Shown here: positions 63,405-64,000 of the stretch, in pieces
Layout of the letters: every line of letters starts with the position of its first letter
Numbering within the stretch: position 1 is the first letter of the stretch
Source: an uncultured Planctomycetia bacterium
GTDB lineage: Bacteria; Planctomycetota; UBA1135; GCA-002686595
Length of the DNA: 64,000 nt
NCBI GenBank assembly: GCA_938003765.1
Contig: CALKYE010000254.1
Location: 29,197-93,196, forward strand
Direction: 5' to 3'
Translations under genes and position numbers: made by a program
Notes under the pieces: generated by a model
Databases searched by the model: none
What the model was told of the DNA's origin: nothing
What the model saw: the letters and a program-made list of their open reading frames with translations, nothing else

Positions 63405-63998
63405 ATGGCCTATCGGGCTTACGTCGGCAACATCCCGTTCACGTTCACCAAGGCGGACCTCGAGGGTCTGTTCAAGTCGTTCGGCGTCGTGAAGTCGACC
63501 GACATCATCATCGACCGCGAGACAGGGCGCTCCCGCGGCTTCGGCTTCGTCGAGATGGAGACGGCCGAGCAACTCGCCGCCGCCATCCAGGGCATGAACG
63601 GCTCGCTCGTGAACGGGCGGCCGCTCACCGTGAACGAAGCGCGCGAGCGCGAGCGTTCGGCCGGGCCGCCGCGCGGACCGGGCGGCTTCGCGCCGCGTCC
63701 GAGCGGAGATCGGCCGTTCAATTCCGATCGGCCGCCGCGCAGCTTCGATCGACCCGCGGGGGAGCGTTCCTTCGGCGATCGTCCGGCGCCCGGCGCCGCG
63801 CGACCTGGCGCTCCCAGCGGTCCCGGCGCCGCACGTCCGGCGAGCGATCGCGGCGCGGCCGGTCCTGGCCCCGGCGCCGGTCCGGGCAAGCGCGAGCGCG
63901 CGCCCGAACGCACTCCCGAGCGTCGCCATCCGAAGATGGACAGCTACGAGCGCGAGCACAAGGACTGGCGGCGCTACAGCGACGACGACGACAGTTGA
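63405..63998 (+). CDS. RRM-domain RNA-binding protein with a long R/G/P-rich tail
   Basis: RNP-2 AYVGNI and RNP-1 RGFGFVEM. Followed by ~110 aa of low complexity (GPPRGPGGFAPRPSGDRP...) ending in DDDDS. Confidence 0.9.
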   Translation: MAYRAYVGNIPFTFTKADLEGLFKSFGVVKSTDIIIDRETGRSRGFGFVEMETAEQLAAAIQGMNGSLVNGRPLTVNEARERERSAGPPRGPGGFAPRPSGDRPFNSDRPPRSFDRPAGERSFGDRPAPGAARPGAPSGPGAARPASDRGAAGPGPGAGPGKRERAPERTPERRHPKMDSYEREHKDWRRYSDDDDS

Positions 63999-64000
63999 GC

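Overview
High-GC (roughly 70%) gene-dense bacterial chromosomal segment. I support 42 protein-coding genes, one of which (3..2423, minus strand) is missing from the ORF track because its frame runs off the left edge. By eye there is no rRNA, tRNA, CRISPR array, transposase or integrase. All family calls come from motif recognition, not from a database search. Most long Arg/Ala-rich ORFs in the track are antisense or out-of-frame artefacts of the GC content, and many track starts are 5' over-extensions that I trimmed. The gene content (DUF1800/DUF1501 pair, DUF1080 domains, PVC-type dehydrogenase propellers with cytochrome c partners, PD40 repeats, MopE-like motif) suggests a Planctomycetota/PVC-like or Myxococcota-like organism, but the taxon cannot be fixed from the sequence. 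Layout: (i) 2.7-19 kb holds ten co-directional genes, including two paralogous, translationally coupled cytochrome c -> dehydrogenase-like propeller pairs, DUF1080 fusions, a CAP-domain protein, PPK2, a BNR propeller and a sialate-O-acetylesterase-like/DUF1080 fusion. (ii) 19-23 kb holds an ECF sigma factor plus a DUF1800/DUF1501 pair. (iii) 23.8-32.1 kb (plus the left-edge gene) holds five unrelated secreted proteins that share one ~135-aa Cys-containing C-terminal module. (iv) 32-43 kb is housekeeping-like (TPR lipoprotein, ABC-F ATPase, HIT, MFS, HAD, pseudouridine synthase) with two paralogous secreted proteins carrying degenerate HExxH motifs. (v) 43-45.6 kb holds a kexin-like S8 lipoprotein plus a prodomain-like lipoprotein. 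(vi) 45.7-57.7 kb holds a giant TPR protein, ExbB/TolQ, ExbD/TolR, a PD40-linker-toroid fusion protein, and then a BlaI/BlaR1-like operon with a third coiled-coil Cys/Pro-rich gene. The same 16-bp dyad box precedes both the TPR/ExbBD block and the blaI-like gene. (vii) 57.7-64 kb holds a GH63-like hydrolase, an ECF sigma with a tandem-ZAS anti-sigma, a YHS-DoxX operon, and an RRM protein with a long leader. Best candidates for something undescribed: the shared C-terminal module, and the BlaI/BlaR1-linked Tol/Ton-like motor cluster.
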